From: Mobula hypostoma
Taxonomy: Eukaryota
Length of the DNA stretch: 64,000 nucleotides
Reading direction: 5' to 3'
NCBI RefSeq assembly: GCF_963921235.1
Contig: NC_086108.1
Span: forward strand, 29,638,001 to 29,702,000
Both the position numbers and the translations under genes were made by a program. Shown in pieces: positions 24,866 to 37,899 of this stretch (position 1 is the stretch's first letter; every line of letters starts with the position of its first letter). The notes beneath the pieces were generated by a model. That model was given only the letters and a program-made list of their open reading frames with translations. It did no database searches and was not told the DNA's origin.

Positions 24866-25134
24866 ATTTATTCACAGTTCCATGTTGCCCTGCTTATTGG
24901 TTTTCCTGAATATTTCAATAAAGCAAGAGGAAGAGAGACACTTCTGCAACAAAAATCTGCATTCTGGTAACATCTCTAATGCAGAAATATGTACTTATAT
25001 TCTACTTAAAAAAAACAAACCTTGATAAAAGAGCTTCTACCTAACCACTGTCTATATCATTTCTTCCCTTCTTGGGCAAGTTTCAGTCAGGTTTTAGAGC
25101 AAACCACAGCACAGAAACGGCCCTTACCAAGATT

Positions 25135-27841
25135 CACACATCAAAGTTGCTGTGAATGCAGCAGGCCAGGCAGCATCTCTAGGAAGAGGTACAGTCGACA
25201 TTTCAGGCCGAGCCCCTTCGTCAGGACTAACTGAAGAAAGAGCTAGTAAGAGATTTAAAAGTGGGAGGGGGAGGGGGAGATCCGAAAATGATAGGAGAAG
25301 ACAGGAGGGGGAGGGATGGAGCCAAGAGCTGGACAGGTGATTGGCAAAAGGGATATGAGAGGCTCATGGGACAGGAGGCCCAGGGAGAAGGAAAAGGGGG
25401 AGGGGGGGATAAACCCAGAGGATGGGCAAAGGGTATAGTCAGAGGGAGAAAAAGGAGAGTGAGAGAAAAAATGTGTGTATATAAATAACGGATGGGGTAC
25501 GAGGGGGAGGTGGGGCATTAGTGAAAGTTAGAGAAGTCAACGTTCATGCCATCAGGTTGGAGGCTACCCAGATGGAATATAAGGTGTTGTTCCTCCAACC
25601 TGAGTGTGGCTTCATCTTTACAGTAGAGGAGGCCGTGGATAGACATGTCAGAATGGGAATGGGATGTGGAATTAAAATGTGTGGCCACTGGGAGATCCTG
25701 CTTTCTCTGGCGGACAGAGCGTAGGTGTTCAGCAAAACGATCTCCCAGTCTGCGTCGGGTCTCACCAATATATAGAAGGCCACATCGGGAGCACCAGACA
25801 CAGTATACCACCCCAGCCGACTCACAGGTGAAGTGTCGCCTCACCTGGGAGGACTTTCTGGGGCCCTGAATGGTGGTAAGGGAGGAAATGTAAGGGCATG
25901 TGTAGCACTTGTTTCGCTTACAAGGATAAGTGCCGGGAGGGAGATCGGTGGGAAGGGATGGAGGGGATGAATGGACAAGGGAGTCGCGTAGGGAGCGATC
26001 CTTGTGGAAAGCGGCGGGGGGGGGTAGTGAAAGATGTGCTTTGTAGTGGGATCCCGTTGGAGGAGGTGGAAGTTACGGAGAATAATATGTTGGACCCGGA
26101 GGCTGGTGGGGTGGTAGGTGAGGACCAGGGGAACCCTATTCCTAGTGGGGTGGCGGGCGGATGGAGTGAGAGCAGATGTGCGTGAAATGGGTGAGATGCG
26201 TTTGAGAGCAGAGTTGATGGTGGAGGAAGGGAAGCCCCTTCCTTTAAAAAAGGAGGACATCTCCCTCGTCCTGGAATGAAAAGCCTCATCCTGAGAGCAG
26301 ATGCTGCGGAGACAGAGGAATTGGAGAAGGGGACGGCATTTTTGCAAGAGACAGGGTGGGAAGAGGAATAGCCCAGATAGCTGTGAGAGTCAGTAGGCTT
26401 ATAGTAGACATCAGTAGATAAGCTGTCTCCAGAGACAGAGACAGAAAGATCTAGAAAGGGGAGGGATGTGTCAGAAATGGACCAGGTAAACTTGAGGGCA
26501 GGGTGAAAGTTGGAGGCAAAGTTAATAAAGTCAACGAGCTCAGCATGCGTGCAGGAAGCAGCGCAAATGCAGTCGTCGATGTAGCGAAGGAAAAGTGGGG
26601 GACAGATACCAGAATAGGTTTGGAACATAGATTGTTCCACAAAGCCAACAAAAAGGCAGGCATAGCTCGGACCCATGCGGGTGCCCATAGCTACACCTTT
26701 AGTTTGGAGGAAGCAACAAAAAGGCAACGCATCTCCCCCATTTCACGCACATCTGCTCTCACTCCATCCTCCCGCCACCCCACTAGGAATAGGGTTCTCC
26801 TGGTCCTCACCTACCACCCCACCAGCCTCCGAGTCCAACATATTATTCTCCGTAACTTCCGCCATCTCCAATGGGATCCCACCACTAAGCACATCTTTCC
26901 CTCCCCCCCCCACTGCTTTCCGCAAGGATCGCTCCCTATGTGATTCCCTTGTCCATTCATTCCCCCCATCCCTCCCCACTGATCTCCCTCCTGGCACTTA
27001 TCCTTGTAAGCGGAACAAGTGCTACACATGCCCTTACACTTCCTCCCTTACCACCATTCAGGGCCCCAGATTGTCCTTCCAGGTGAGGTGACACTTTACC
27101 TGTAAGTCGGCTGGGGTGATATACTGCATCTGGTGCTCCCAATGTGGCCTTCTATATATTGGCGAGACCCGACGCAGACTGGGAGATCGTTTTGCTGAAC
27201 ACCTACGCTCTGTCCGCCAGAGAAAGCAGGATCTCCCAGTGACCACACATTTTAATTCCACATCCCATTCCCATTCTGACATGTCTATCCACGGCCTCCT
27301 CTACTGTAAAGATGAAGCCACACTCAGGTTGGAGGAACAACACCTTATATTCCGTCTGGGTAGCCTCCAACCTGATGGCATGAACATTGACTTCTCTAAC
27401 TTCCGCTAATGACCCACCTCCCCCTCGTACCCCATCCGTTATTTATATACACACATTCTTTCTCTCACTCTCCTTTTTCTCCCTCTGTCCCTCTGACTAT
27501 ACCCCTTACTCATTCTCTGGGCTTTTCCCCCCCTCCCCTTTTTCCTTCTCCCTGGGCCTCCTGTCCCATGATCCTCTCATACCCCTTTTTGCCAATCACC
27601 TGTCCAGCTCTTGGTTCCTTCCCTCCCCCTCCTGTCTTCTCCTATCATTTTGGATCTCCCCCTCCCCCTCCCACTTTTAAATCTCTTACTAGCTCTTCCT
27701 TCAGTTAGTCCTGACGAAGGGTCTCGGCCTGAAACGTCGACTGTACCTCTTCCTAGAGATGCTGCCTGGCCTGCTGCGTTCACCAGCAACTTTGATGTGT
27801 GTTGCTTGAATTTCCAGCATCTTCAGAATTCCTCGTGTTTG
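25135..27841. mobile_element. Neptune-type PLE inverted dimer (RT and GIY-YIG)
   Basis: Minus arm 25135-26713 (GVAMGTRMGPSYA, FLRYIDD, CKRNKCYTC linker, VVYC..CGLLYIGET) and plus arm 26727-27841 with full tail. Perfect TSD CCTTACCAAGATT at 25122-25134 and 27842-27854. Confidence 0.93.
27707..27742 (+). ncRNA. Minimal hammerhead ribozyme motif in PLE terminus
   Basis: AGTC-CTGACGA-A-GGGTCTCGGCCT-GAAAC-GTC-GACT. Mirror copy on the minus strand at 25193-25228. Confidence 0.72.
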
Positions 27842-28288
27842 CCTTACCAAGATTGTTAGCGACATTAGGCACAACAGGGTTTCAGTTCTAATTCTCCTGG
27901 ATCTAAGTGCTGCTTTTGACACAATTGACCACAATGTTCTCCTAGATCACCTTAACAACTGGGTTGGTCTCTCTGTTAGTGCCCTTAATTGGTTTTGCTC
28001 ATATATCTTGAAGAGAAATTTTTTTGTCTATTGTGGAGACCAAATTCTAAGAGGTAACATATACCTTTTGGTGTTGCTCATGGAAGCTATTCTTGGTTCC
28101 CTATTCCTCTTATACATGCTCCCCCTAGGAGATATCATTCGAGAGCATAAACATGATGTCCACAGTTATGTAGATGACATACAATATACATTTCATTTGA
28201 GTCTGATGATAACACCCTATTTTCTCTGACTTCTAGTATGGCTGCAATAAACACATGGATGAGCAATAATTTCCTAAAACTAAATGAA

Positions 28289-28452
28289 TTCAAATCCCTT
28301 ACTCACTCTTCCTTCAGTTAGTCCTGACGAAGAGTCTCGGCCTGAAACGTCGACTGCGCCTCTTCCTATAGATGCTGCCTGGCCTGCTGCGTTCACCAGC
28401 AACTTTGATGTATGTTGCTTGAATTTCCAGCATCTGCAGAATTCCTGTTGTT
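28289..28452 (+). mobile_element. Short PLE terminus with hammerhead (28320-28355) inserted in L2
   Basis: AGTC-CTGACGA-AGAGTCTCGGCCT-GAAAC-GTC-GACT followed by the family tail ending ...gaattcctgttgttt. Confidence 0.8.
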
Positions 28453-30233
28453 TGAAGATTCTTTGGCTGGTTCAGTAGCCAAAAGAGAAAAACTTTTTGA
28501 TAAACTTGGGAATTTAGCTCCCAGTATAAAATCAGAAATAACTAGTGTGGGTGTTATCTTTGATTTAGATTTGAATTTTAACTCCCACATAAAGAAGGTA
28601 ACTAGAACATTATTTCTTTACTTAAAAAATATTGCATCTCTGTCAGGTATTGATTTTGAAAAACTAATTCATGCCTTTATATCAAATAGACTAGATTACT
28701 GCAACGCACGTTTCACTGGCCTTCCAATGCAATCTGTTGACAAACTTCAACTCATTCAGAACATCACTGCCAGACTTTAACTAAAAGCAGGATAAGGGAA
28801 AATAGCACTCCCATCCTAGCTACTCCACATTGGCTTCCTGTATCTTTTAGAACTGGTTTTAAATTTCTCTTAAACACAAGAAATTCTGAAGATGTTGGAA
28901 ATCCAAAACAACACACACAAAATGCTAGAGAAACTCAACAAGTTTTCATTCTTGTTTTTAAAGCTCTCAATAGGCTGGGACCGGATTACACCATAGAATC
29001 ACTTTCATTTTATAACCCTGAGAGAGCTCTCAGGTGCTCTTCTGCCCATCTCTAAAATTTATAAAGCCTCCCTCAAAAGATAATTGGCAAGTCAGCTTTT
29101 TTGAACTACGCTCCTAAACTGTGGAACTCAGTACCTAAAACTATATGGGATGCAGACTCAGTTGACACTTTTAAATGCCAGCTCAAAACCTATTTATTTA
29201 ATCTTGCTTGTGACTAACATCTTCTTCTCTTTTATTTTCATGCTTGCACTTTATTGTAAAGCACTTTGAACTACATCATTTTCATGTGAAGTGCTCTACA
29301 ATTAAGTTACTGTTATTATTATGTTTCTGAGGCACATCACCTGGAAATACAAAGAAAAAAATCTTCAGGATAAGGAAACTAAAAGAAAAGATCAGTACAA
29401 ATAAGCTAAACTTAACTTATGCAACTGTTCTAAAACCAAATTGCAATGTTAGACGAACAAACCAATATAGGTATTCGCATCTTGTTGGTATGATTTTTTT
29501 CAGTTCATTTCTGGGATTTAGGCATCTTGGCACAGGCAGCATTTATTACCTTCATTTGCCTTTCAAAGGATGGTGTCGAACTTCTTCCTTGCTGTGAAGG
29601 TACTCCCATCGTGTTGACTAGAAATTGGATAATATGGGACCACAATTTTCTGTGTTGTGCAATTCAGATTTAGGGAAAGTTCTGATTCTAACTGAAGTGA
29701 AGTCGAAGTTTCACAAGTTTCATGATTTTCCTTCAGGAATTATTGTGTACATATCATTGTGGAGGCAACTTATGAAGAAACATTACTTAGAATTAATTAA
29801 AGGACGCCCTGCCCATGGACACCTACATCATTAAGACACTCTGTGTAGTCTACTAAGTATGATTGCTCCTGCTAGGTCCATCAATCTCCAACCATGCTCA
29901 ATGATTTGTGGTCCTAAAGTCCTCAAAAATCAATTTCTCAAACCTACCCATCAATAAACGTCTTTCCAACACCACCTCCTATTGATCAATTGTCCACTAA
30001 TAATCAATCTATAGACTTTCTACTTCTCATCTGCAACTATCTCTGACTACCAGTCTCCAGTCCGATCCCGTTCACATTCATGAATTCTTGACACTGGCTC
30101 TTAATTCTCCAACTGTCGACCCATTCCTGACCTTCATTAATCATTAATTTACTTAGCCACAAAGCTCCCCCACTCACCTCTACATCCTGTCTCAGCTGCT
30201 GACAATGCCCAGCATCTTCCCCGATCCCTTCTG

Positions 30234-30896
30234 CTGTACTATGCAAAATACTTAGGCACAGCTAAACATAGCTAGGGTGCCTAAGACTTTTGCACAGTAC
30301 TGTATTTGTCAACGTGGAGCGGAGAGTGAGTTTGTAAATCTGGCAGGAGCAAAGGATGTTGGGAATGGCGAGAATGGAGCACCATATGAAGGGTGTGGAC
30401 CAGGTGGCAAAGAAGGAGTACCAGAGGTTGGGTGGGGGGCTGTGGCATGGGTGCAGACATAACCAGTCCTGAGACACCAGGCTAGGTAATTTGATTCCAA
30501 ACAATGTGTTTATTGGTCATTACAAAATATCTCTCCAGTGCTTCCTGCTCCCTCCCCTCTCGCTTTCTCTTTTCCCAACCAGGATTGCCCTCTCCCTGTC
30601 CCCTTCCCACTCTCAGTTCACGATAGAGACCCATATCAGAATCATGTTTGTCCTTGCTGAAGAGTCTCTAAGTCGAAACGTCGACTGTACTCTTTTCCAT
30701 AGATGCTGCCTGGGCTGCTGAGTTCCTCCAGTATTTTGTGTGCCGTTGCTCAGGTTTATCATCACTCACATATGTCATGATATTTTTTGTGGCAGCAGTA
30801 CAGCGCAATCAATACATAAAACTACTACACTACTGTGCAAAAGTCTTAGGAAACCTGGATAAATATACATATGCCTAAGACTTTTATACAGTACTG
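30234..30896. mobile_element. Composite Tc1/mariner-type MITE bounded by two ~69-bp palindromic mini-elements
   Basis: A CAGTACTGTGCAAAAGTCTTAGGCAC-like repeat occurs four times, forming hairpins at 30234-30302 and 30828-30896. The interior holds a Rex1-type tail and a PLE/hammerhead piece (~30650-30749). Confidence 0.7.
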
Positions 30897-31619
30897 TGTA
30901 TCCACAGAGGCTAACATCTTCAATCCTATATCCCTGTTTATTAACTCTTTCCATTCTAATCCCTCTAACATTGCAGCTTCTGAGTAACTCTACCCCTCTA
31001 TCATTGCCCTGCCAATGAACCCTCTAGCCCTCCTTTTTATCAGTCCTTACCTGCTGCCCCTCCTCTCCATCATCCATTTTCTCCCTCTCTGTCTGTCCTT
31101 TGCACAAATCCGGACCTCCTTTGATTATTAATCTCCACCCATCTCCCAGCTCCATCGAACTTTCAATCCAGGACTGTCATCTGCTCTCCTGATCCTTCTC
31201 CACAGACTACCCTCTAAAATTCCATGGCAACCTCACCCACTCTCCTTCACTGCCCCTACTATTCATCCTGCCATTCAGATGAACTAAATGTTGGGGTTAG
31301 TAAAGGAAGGATCTTTTATTATCTAGGTCCTGTACAGTAGGGCATGATGCATTGAGCCTTGTATGGTGCTGACCATTAGCTCCCCATGGATAGGATTTGA
31401 TTCCTCAACCTCTGTATCATTATTACCAAGCAATTGGGCTATGGCCTTTTAAATACCTAATTAATTATCACTGCCTTAAATAGCGTGCATTACAATTTTG
31501 TTCTATTTCATTTGTTTCAATTGTGTTTGGTTTGGTTTAAATATTGAGATAGATGTTGTTCTTTCAGTAATCCATGGGTTAATAATGCTTCTCATGGAAC
31601 AATTATTGATCATTAGAGT

Positions 31620-33705
31620 TAACATGTTGCACTGATGCGGCAGTCTTGTTGAACTCGTGTTCCTCTGATCTTGAACACCTAACTGTCAAACTCCATCCAT
31701 TCCCTTTACTGGGGAGTTCTCCTCCATAACCCTGTCTGCAGTTTACATACCACCAGCAGACGACAATAACCAACCGCTTGAGATACTGCATGATGCCATC
31801 TTTCAAGTCGTAGTTGGGGACTTCAATCAGACTTGCTTGTCAATTTCCATCAGCATAAAACCTATAGCATCAGATATCCCAACACACCAGACCACTGCTA
31901 TAGTAAGATAAGGAATGCCTACCATTCCATGCCCAGGAAAATCAAATCACTTGGCTGTCCTTTTCCTGCTTGCATACAGGCAGAGACTAAAGAGCAAAGC
32001 TCCAGAGATTGGAACACAAAGAGGTGGTCACAGAAGACAAAGAAACAGCTATGGGATTACTCCGAGTCAATGGACAGAGCCTTGTTCAAGGACTCACCTA
32101 TGGATCTGAATGAATATACCATGTTTGTCATGGTCTTTACTAAAACAGTTGGTGATGAGTGTCTCCCCACAAAATCATTCATGGGCTTCTTACCCATTCA
32201 GAAGCCCTGGATGAACCATGAGATCCACAATCTGCTGAGAGCCAAATCAAAGGCATTCAATTCTGGTGACCAAGAATGTTACAAGAGGTCCAGGTATGAT
32301 CTCCAGAAAGCCACCTCATGGATGAAATGGCAATTCCAGACTAAACTTGAATCAGTGAACATTGCTCGTCCGTTGTGCCTGGGCTTGAATACTATATCCT
32401 CTTATAAAGTTAAAACAAGCTGTGATGAAAAACCAAGCTATCAGAAGATTGATGCTGATGAGAGAGTTAAGAGAGACAAATGGAGAAGTGTTCAAAATGT
32501 TAATGAGATAGGAGAGAGATTAACGAAAAGAGACACAGTTCCGAGTATTGACAGACCGGTTGCTTTGAACCTGAACTGTTTGAAGTTTGATGGACAGGCA
32601 ATACCCCAGCAGGGGGATAAAAGGAACAGGTTCGCTAAGGCACGACACACACCACGAGATCACGAGATAACGAGACCCTGGAAGTGCAGTGTGCCCCCCA
32701 CAAGTTGGCAGGCGTTTGGAGGTCTGGTCGCGGGAACTGACCATAGACGCACAAGGTGAAAAGGTACGATCGGCGGGAACCTGGTGTGTGTGTCCACCCT
32801 TGCCTGGATGCAGGGTTCACAGCGGAAGAACGGTCGTATCCAGAACGGAGGGGTCACAGTCGGTGACCACAGAAGACATTAAAAGGGTTCGCCCGAAAGC
32901 TAACTGCGAAGAACAAAGGTCTGTGTGAATCAGAATTTGCATATTCTCTCTCTCTCTCTCCAACGGCACAACAGCGATTGCTGCAAACCGTACTAAGCTG
33001 AACTGAACTCTGCATCACTTGAGACTGATCATTTTACCCCTAGACTGCGATAGAGCTTGTTAGATTCCTATTACCCTAGTTCTGTGTACATGTGTGTTTG
33101 CTAACCTGTTGCATTTATATCCTTATGATTAGAGTACTGTGTTACTTATTTGTTTAATAAAACTTTCTTAGTTCCAGTAATCCAGACTCCAACTAAGTGG
33201 TCCATTTCTGCTGGTTTGGCAACCCAGTTATGGGGTACGTAACAAAGTGAAAAAAGGCAACAGCAGGGATTTGCTTCCAGATGAGCTCAATGCTTTCTAT
33301 GCTTACTTGCTTACTTTGACCATCAAAACATGGAGGAACCATCATGAAATCCTATATCCCTCAATGATCCAATGATTTCATTCTCTGAGGCTGATGTACA
33401 AGCAGCCTTCAGGAGGGTGAACCCACAGGAAGCATCGAGCCCAGTCCAGGTACCTGGCCAAATGCCTGTCACAAACTGGCTGGAGTGTTCTCTGATATCT
33501 TGAACCTCTTGCTTCAGCCATCTAAGATAGCCACCTGCTTCAATTATACCGTGCCGAAGAAGAGCGTGGAGACCTGCTTCAATGACTATCACCCAGAAAC
33601 ACCTACATCCACAAAGATGAAGTGCTTTGAGAGGTTGGTTATGAAACATATCAACTCCTGTCTGAGAAGTGGCTGAGGTCCAATCCAGTTTGCCTACCAG
33701 AGCAA
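31620..33705 (+). mobile_element. Rex1/Babar (APE and N-terminal RT), interrupted by a solo LTR
   Basis: Motifs [50 protein letters not shown]. Confidence 0.85.
32421..33244 (+). mobile_element. Solo LTR (probably Gypsy-type)
   Basis: TG...CA ends (TGTGATG...CGTAACA). 4-bp TSD AAGC (32417-32420) / AAGT (33245-33248). TATA-like GATAAAA at ~32616 and AATAAA at ~33155. Related to 45218-46077. Confidence 0.85.
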
Positions 33706-33884
33706 CTTAGTGCCAATGCAAAGCAACAGGGAATTTCCTTCAGCAATACCTGGAAAGAGCTTGTAAAGACACTCAGGAAGAGAAAATCGTTAATATATAT
33801 TCTATTTTAATTGCAACTATCTACTAATTCAGGAATATTCTGTATATACATAATACAGGTCTGAAGTTTCAATTGATCCAAGTC

Positions 33885-35150
33885 AAGCGACTTGGATCTG
33901 CTCCAATTTGCCTACAGGCACAACAGGTCCCATCTCATTGGCTCTTCACTCAACCTGGGAACAGCAAAGATGCATACATCAGAATGCTTTTTATCGACTA
34001 CAGCTCAGCATTTAAAGCCATCATCCCCTCAAAACTAATCAATAAGCTCCAAGACCTTGGCCTCAATACCCCCTTGTGCAATTGGATCCTGGATTTCCTT
34101 ACTTGTAGACCTCGGTCAGTTCGGATTGGCAAAAACATCTCCTCCACAATCTCCATTAGCACAGGAGCACCAGTGTACTTATCCTCCTGTTCTCCTCACT
34201 TTACACCTATGTCTGTGTGGCTAAGTACAGCTCCAACACCAGATAAAGTTTGCTGATGTGGGCTGTATCAAAGGGGGTGATAAATTAGCATACAGGAGGG
34301 ATATTGAAAATTTGGTTGAGTGCTGTAATAACGACAATCTCTCACTCAATGTCAATAAGACCAAGGAACTGATTGTAGACTTCAGAAGAGGGAGACGAGG
34401 GGTCGATAAGCCAGTACTCATCGGAGGATCAGAAGTGGAGAGGGTCAGTAACTTTAAGTTCCTGGGTGTCACTATCTCCGAGGACCTGTCCTAGATCCAT
34501 AGTATCAATATTATTGCAATGAAGGCACTACAGCACCTCACCTTCCTCAGGATTCTGCAGAGGTTCAGCATGTCATCAAAACCTTAGCAAACTTCTATAG
34601 ATGTGTGGTGGAACGTGTGCTGGCTGGCTGCATTATGGACTGGTATAGGAACTCAGTGCCTCTGGGTGGAAGATCCTACAAAAGGTATTGTATTCAGCCC
34701 AGTATATCATGGGTAAAACCCTCACAACCATTGAGCACATCTACATGAAATATTGCTGTAGTAAAGCAGCATCCATCACTAAAGATCCTCACCGCCCAGG
34801 CCATGTTCTTTACTCGTGCTGCCATCAGGTAGAAGGTACAGGTGCCTCAGGACTTGCACTACCCAGTTCAAGAACAGTTAATATCCCTCAACCATCAGGG
34901 TCTTGAACAAAAGGGATGGCTATATTCATTTAAGGACTCCGTTATATTGTTATTTCATGCTTGTTTTTTATTGCTATTTATTTTTATCTGTATTTGCAGT
35001 TTGTTTGCGGTTTATAGTTCTTAATGTTTACTGTTTACAGTTACTGTTCTATAGATTTGCTAAGTATGCCCACAGAAAAAGAATCTCAGGGTTTTCTGTG
35101 GTGACACATATCTACTCTGATAATAATTTTTACTTTGAACTTTGACTTTG
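33885..35150 (+). mobile_element. Rex1/Babar RT and 3' end
   Basis: [56 protein letters not shown]. Tail (TTTGAAC)n. Confidence 0.88.
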
Positions 35151-35174
35151 AATGAGAGGTCCATGAGCCACTCT

Positions 35175-35920
35175 TCATTGGGTGATCAGAGGTGGAGAGT
35201 GCTAGCAAATTTAAATCCTTGGTGTTAACATTTCAGAGGACCAGTCCAGTGGCCAGCAGGTAAGTGTAGTTATGAAGAAGGCATGGCAGCACCTCTACTT
35301 CCTTAGAAGTTTTGTGAAGATTTGGCATGACATCTAGGAATTTGACAAACTTCGATAGATGTATGGTGGAAAGTATATTGACCAGCTCTCATCACAGCCT
35401 GGTATGGAAACACAAATGCCCTTGAATGGAAAATCCTACATAAAGTAGTGGATGCAGCTCTTCCGTCACAGGTAAAGCTCACCATTGAGCACACCTACAT
35501 GGGGTGTTCTCACAGTAAAGCAGCATCCATCACCAGAAGCTCCCACCAGCCAGGTTATGTTCTCTTCTTGCTTCTGCCATCAGGGAGAAGATACAGAAAC
35601 CTCAGGACTCTCACCATCAAGCTCTTGAACCAGTGGGGATAACTTCACTTGTCCCATTACTGAACTGTTCCCACAACCTATGGACTCACTTTCAAGGATG
35701 TTTCATCTCCTGTTCTCGATATTTTTGCTTATTTATTTATTATTATTTTTTTTTTCTTTTGTATATGCACAGTTTTCTGTTTGTCTGCCCTGTTAGGTGT
35801 GGTCATTGACTCTATGATGGTTCTTTGATATACTGAGTATGCCCACAAGGAAATGAATCTCAGTGTTGTATATGGTGACACACATGTACTTTGATCATAA
35901 ATTTACATTGAACTTTGAAC
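35175..35920 (+). mobile_element. Rex1/Babar 3' fragment
   Basis: KAASI...LLPSGRRYR and tail 'aaatttacattgaactttgaact'. Confidence 0.8.
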
Positions 35921-36910
35921 TGCTGGTGCCTTAATTAAAGAAAAAGATTTGTACTGATAATGTGTCTTTCACTATATCAGGAGATCCTTGCAAATGTGAT
36001 AGAGGAGCAGTTCTAATGTTGCAATCACAGCAGCTGACTTTCACTCAGCAAGTTCATTCAACAGCAACATTATAATAACCAGTAAATCTGTGGGAAGTAA
36101 GTCAGAAAAATGTGTACCTTGGGTAGTTGATGGCTGGGTTGAGTTGTTCTCGGATTTTGGCAATCCATTTGCAAACACTTCGTCACCATGTGACATCGGA
36201 GAATAACTCAACTCAACCAGTAAATCTGTTCTTATGTTGTTGGTTGAGTGCTAATTATTGGTCAGAAGGCCAGGTGAGTTCTCTCACTCATTCAAAATAC
36301 TGCTGTGAATTTTCATTATATTATTCATGTGGGCATGAACACTGCTGGTCAGGTAGAGCAAAGCAGGTGCATTTCTGTTTCAGGAAGGAAAGAAACAGCT
36401 TCATTAGCTTTGGTTATGTAGGGTCTCAGCTGATGATGCTGTTGTAATATCCATTAATAATGTCACTATTGGAATCAAGATGCATCATCTGCAATGATTT
36501 TATTACTTTCCATTGACGTGATACACTTGTGTTCACTGATAGTCCCATACACTGAGGGATCATTGTTCCCTGTGCTTCTGCATGTTTCCATCAGCTTAAA
36601 ATTGTATAGCAATTCTATCTATCTACAATAAATTTCACACACATAGCACCCTCTTAAAAAATGCCAGGCAAGGTTTGGCAATGAACCACATGAAGAGATA
36701 TTAGGCCAGGTGACTTTAGCTTAGTTAAAGAGGAACAACTTAAAGGAAAAAAGGTGGTGAAATTTTAATGGGAGTTTCAGGATTGAAAGTCTGGAGAGTT
36801 CAGGCAAATGCTAAAGCAAAGAAAACCAGGAAGTGTGAAGGGCAAGACTTGGGGAGCTACAATGGCCAGTTAACAGTACGAACAGAAAGAGCTCATACTC
36901 AAATACTGTA

Positions 36911-37178
36911 CACTCAATGGCCACTTTATTAGGTACACTTATACACCTGCTCATCAATGAAAATATTTAATCAGCCAATCATGTGGCACCAACTCAAAGA
37001 ATTGGGAGAATGGCCAGACTGATTCAAGCTGATGGGAAGTCAAACTAACCGAAATAAACACGCATCACAACAGCGGTGCACAGAGGAGCATCCCTGAATG
37101 TGCAGCATGTCCAAACTTGAAGAGGATGGGCTACAGCAGCAGAAACCATGAGGTATCTAATAATGTGGCTACTGAGTG
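36911..37178 (+). mobile_element. Internally deleted Tc1-family DNA transposon
   Basis: TA|CACTCAATGGCCACTTTATTAGGTAC ... GTATCTAATAATGTGGCTACTGAGTG TIRs. Interior resembles Tc1 transposase (RMARLIQAD...HNSGAQRSI). Confidence 0.8.
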
Positions 37179-37899
37179 AAGATCAATGAATCATACTTAC
37201 TAGATCTTTGGATTAATTATTAAATGTAAGTTCAGTCAATGTAGCATTAATATAACACCTAATTTCAATGTAATATTACCCATTGATTATCAATAAAGAA
37301 AGCAAGTTCTAATAGTGGTTTACTCAAATATCACTCTCTACATATCACTCCACAGCAAGCACTTGAGTTCTGAGGATATCTACTGTAAATGGTTGTGCCT
37401 CTTCTTTAGTACAAGGGATCTAGGGCTGATTTTTCTACATACATTCTCTCACTGAAGAGCAAAAGGAGACTTTCACAGAGTCGCAGATCAAGCAATTTCA
37501 TCTGTTAGGAAGGCTTTACAGAAACTTAGAACTGCAAGCACACAAGAAGGCCATGTATTCTTATTTCTACTTCCTTCTTAAGTCTCAAATTGAAGTTATT
37601 CTTCTAGGATTATATGTATTCGAAGATATTTTTCAATAAGAGTAAAGCAATATACTTTTAAGTCAAGTCAATGTGTGACTGAGAGAGGAATTTGAATGCA
37701 ATAATGTTCTCATCTGCCTGTTGCTCTGCCCACCTACAAGTTGGAAATCACAAATTTCCGGTATATTGTTGAAGAACCCCTAGTGAATTGGATCATGCAC
37801 TTTGAAGGGAATACATATTCAACTATGGTGTGCTTGCAGCGGCGGATTTACTGATCAATGTTGTAGACAGGTTCCGATTAAGCTCTGTCTTGGGTTCAG

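Larger units (their letters stand above)
25075..29322 (+). mobile_element. L2-clade LINE 3' part, interrupted by PLE insertions
   Basis: FQSGFRANHSTETALTKI / VSVLILLDLSAAFDTIDH is split by the PLE. Later motifs HSYVDD, EKLIHAFISNRLDYCNA, LQLIQN. (TTA)n tail at ~29313-29322. Confidence 0.85.

Noticed and set aside
25918..26727. 269-aa ORF and the repeated 'MLVNAAGQAASLGRG...' ORFs as a small protein family
   Set aside because: The first is frameshifted PLE RT. The others are antisense or UTR frames of the repeated PLE terminus.
25135..27841. Assembly artefact or TIR DNA transposon
   Set aside because: The arms differ by substitutions and indels, encode RT and GIY-YIG, sit in a perfect TSD that splits an L2 RT motif, and the pattern recurs at least five times.
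31833..32759. 308-aa ORF as a novel gene
   Set aside because: Chance read-through from decayed Rex1 sequence into the solo LTR at 32421.
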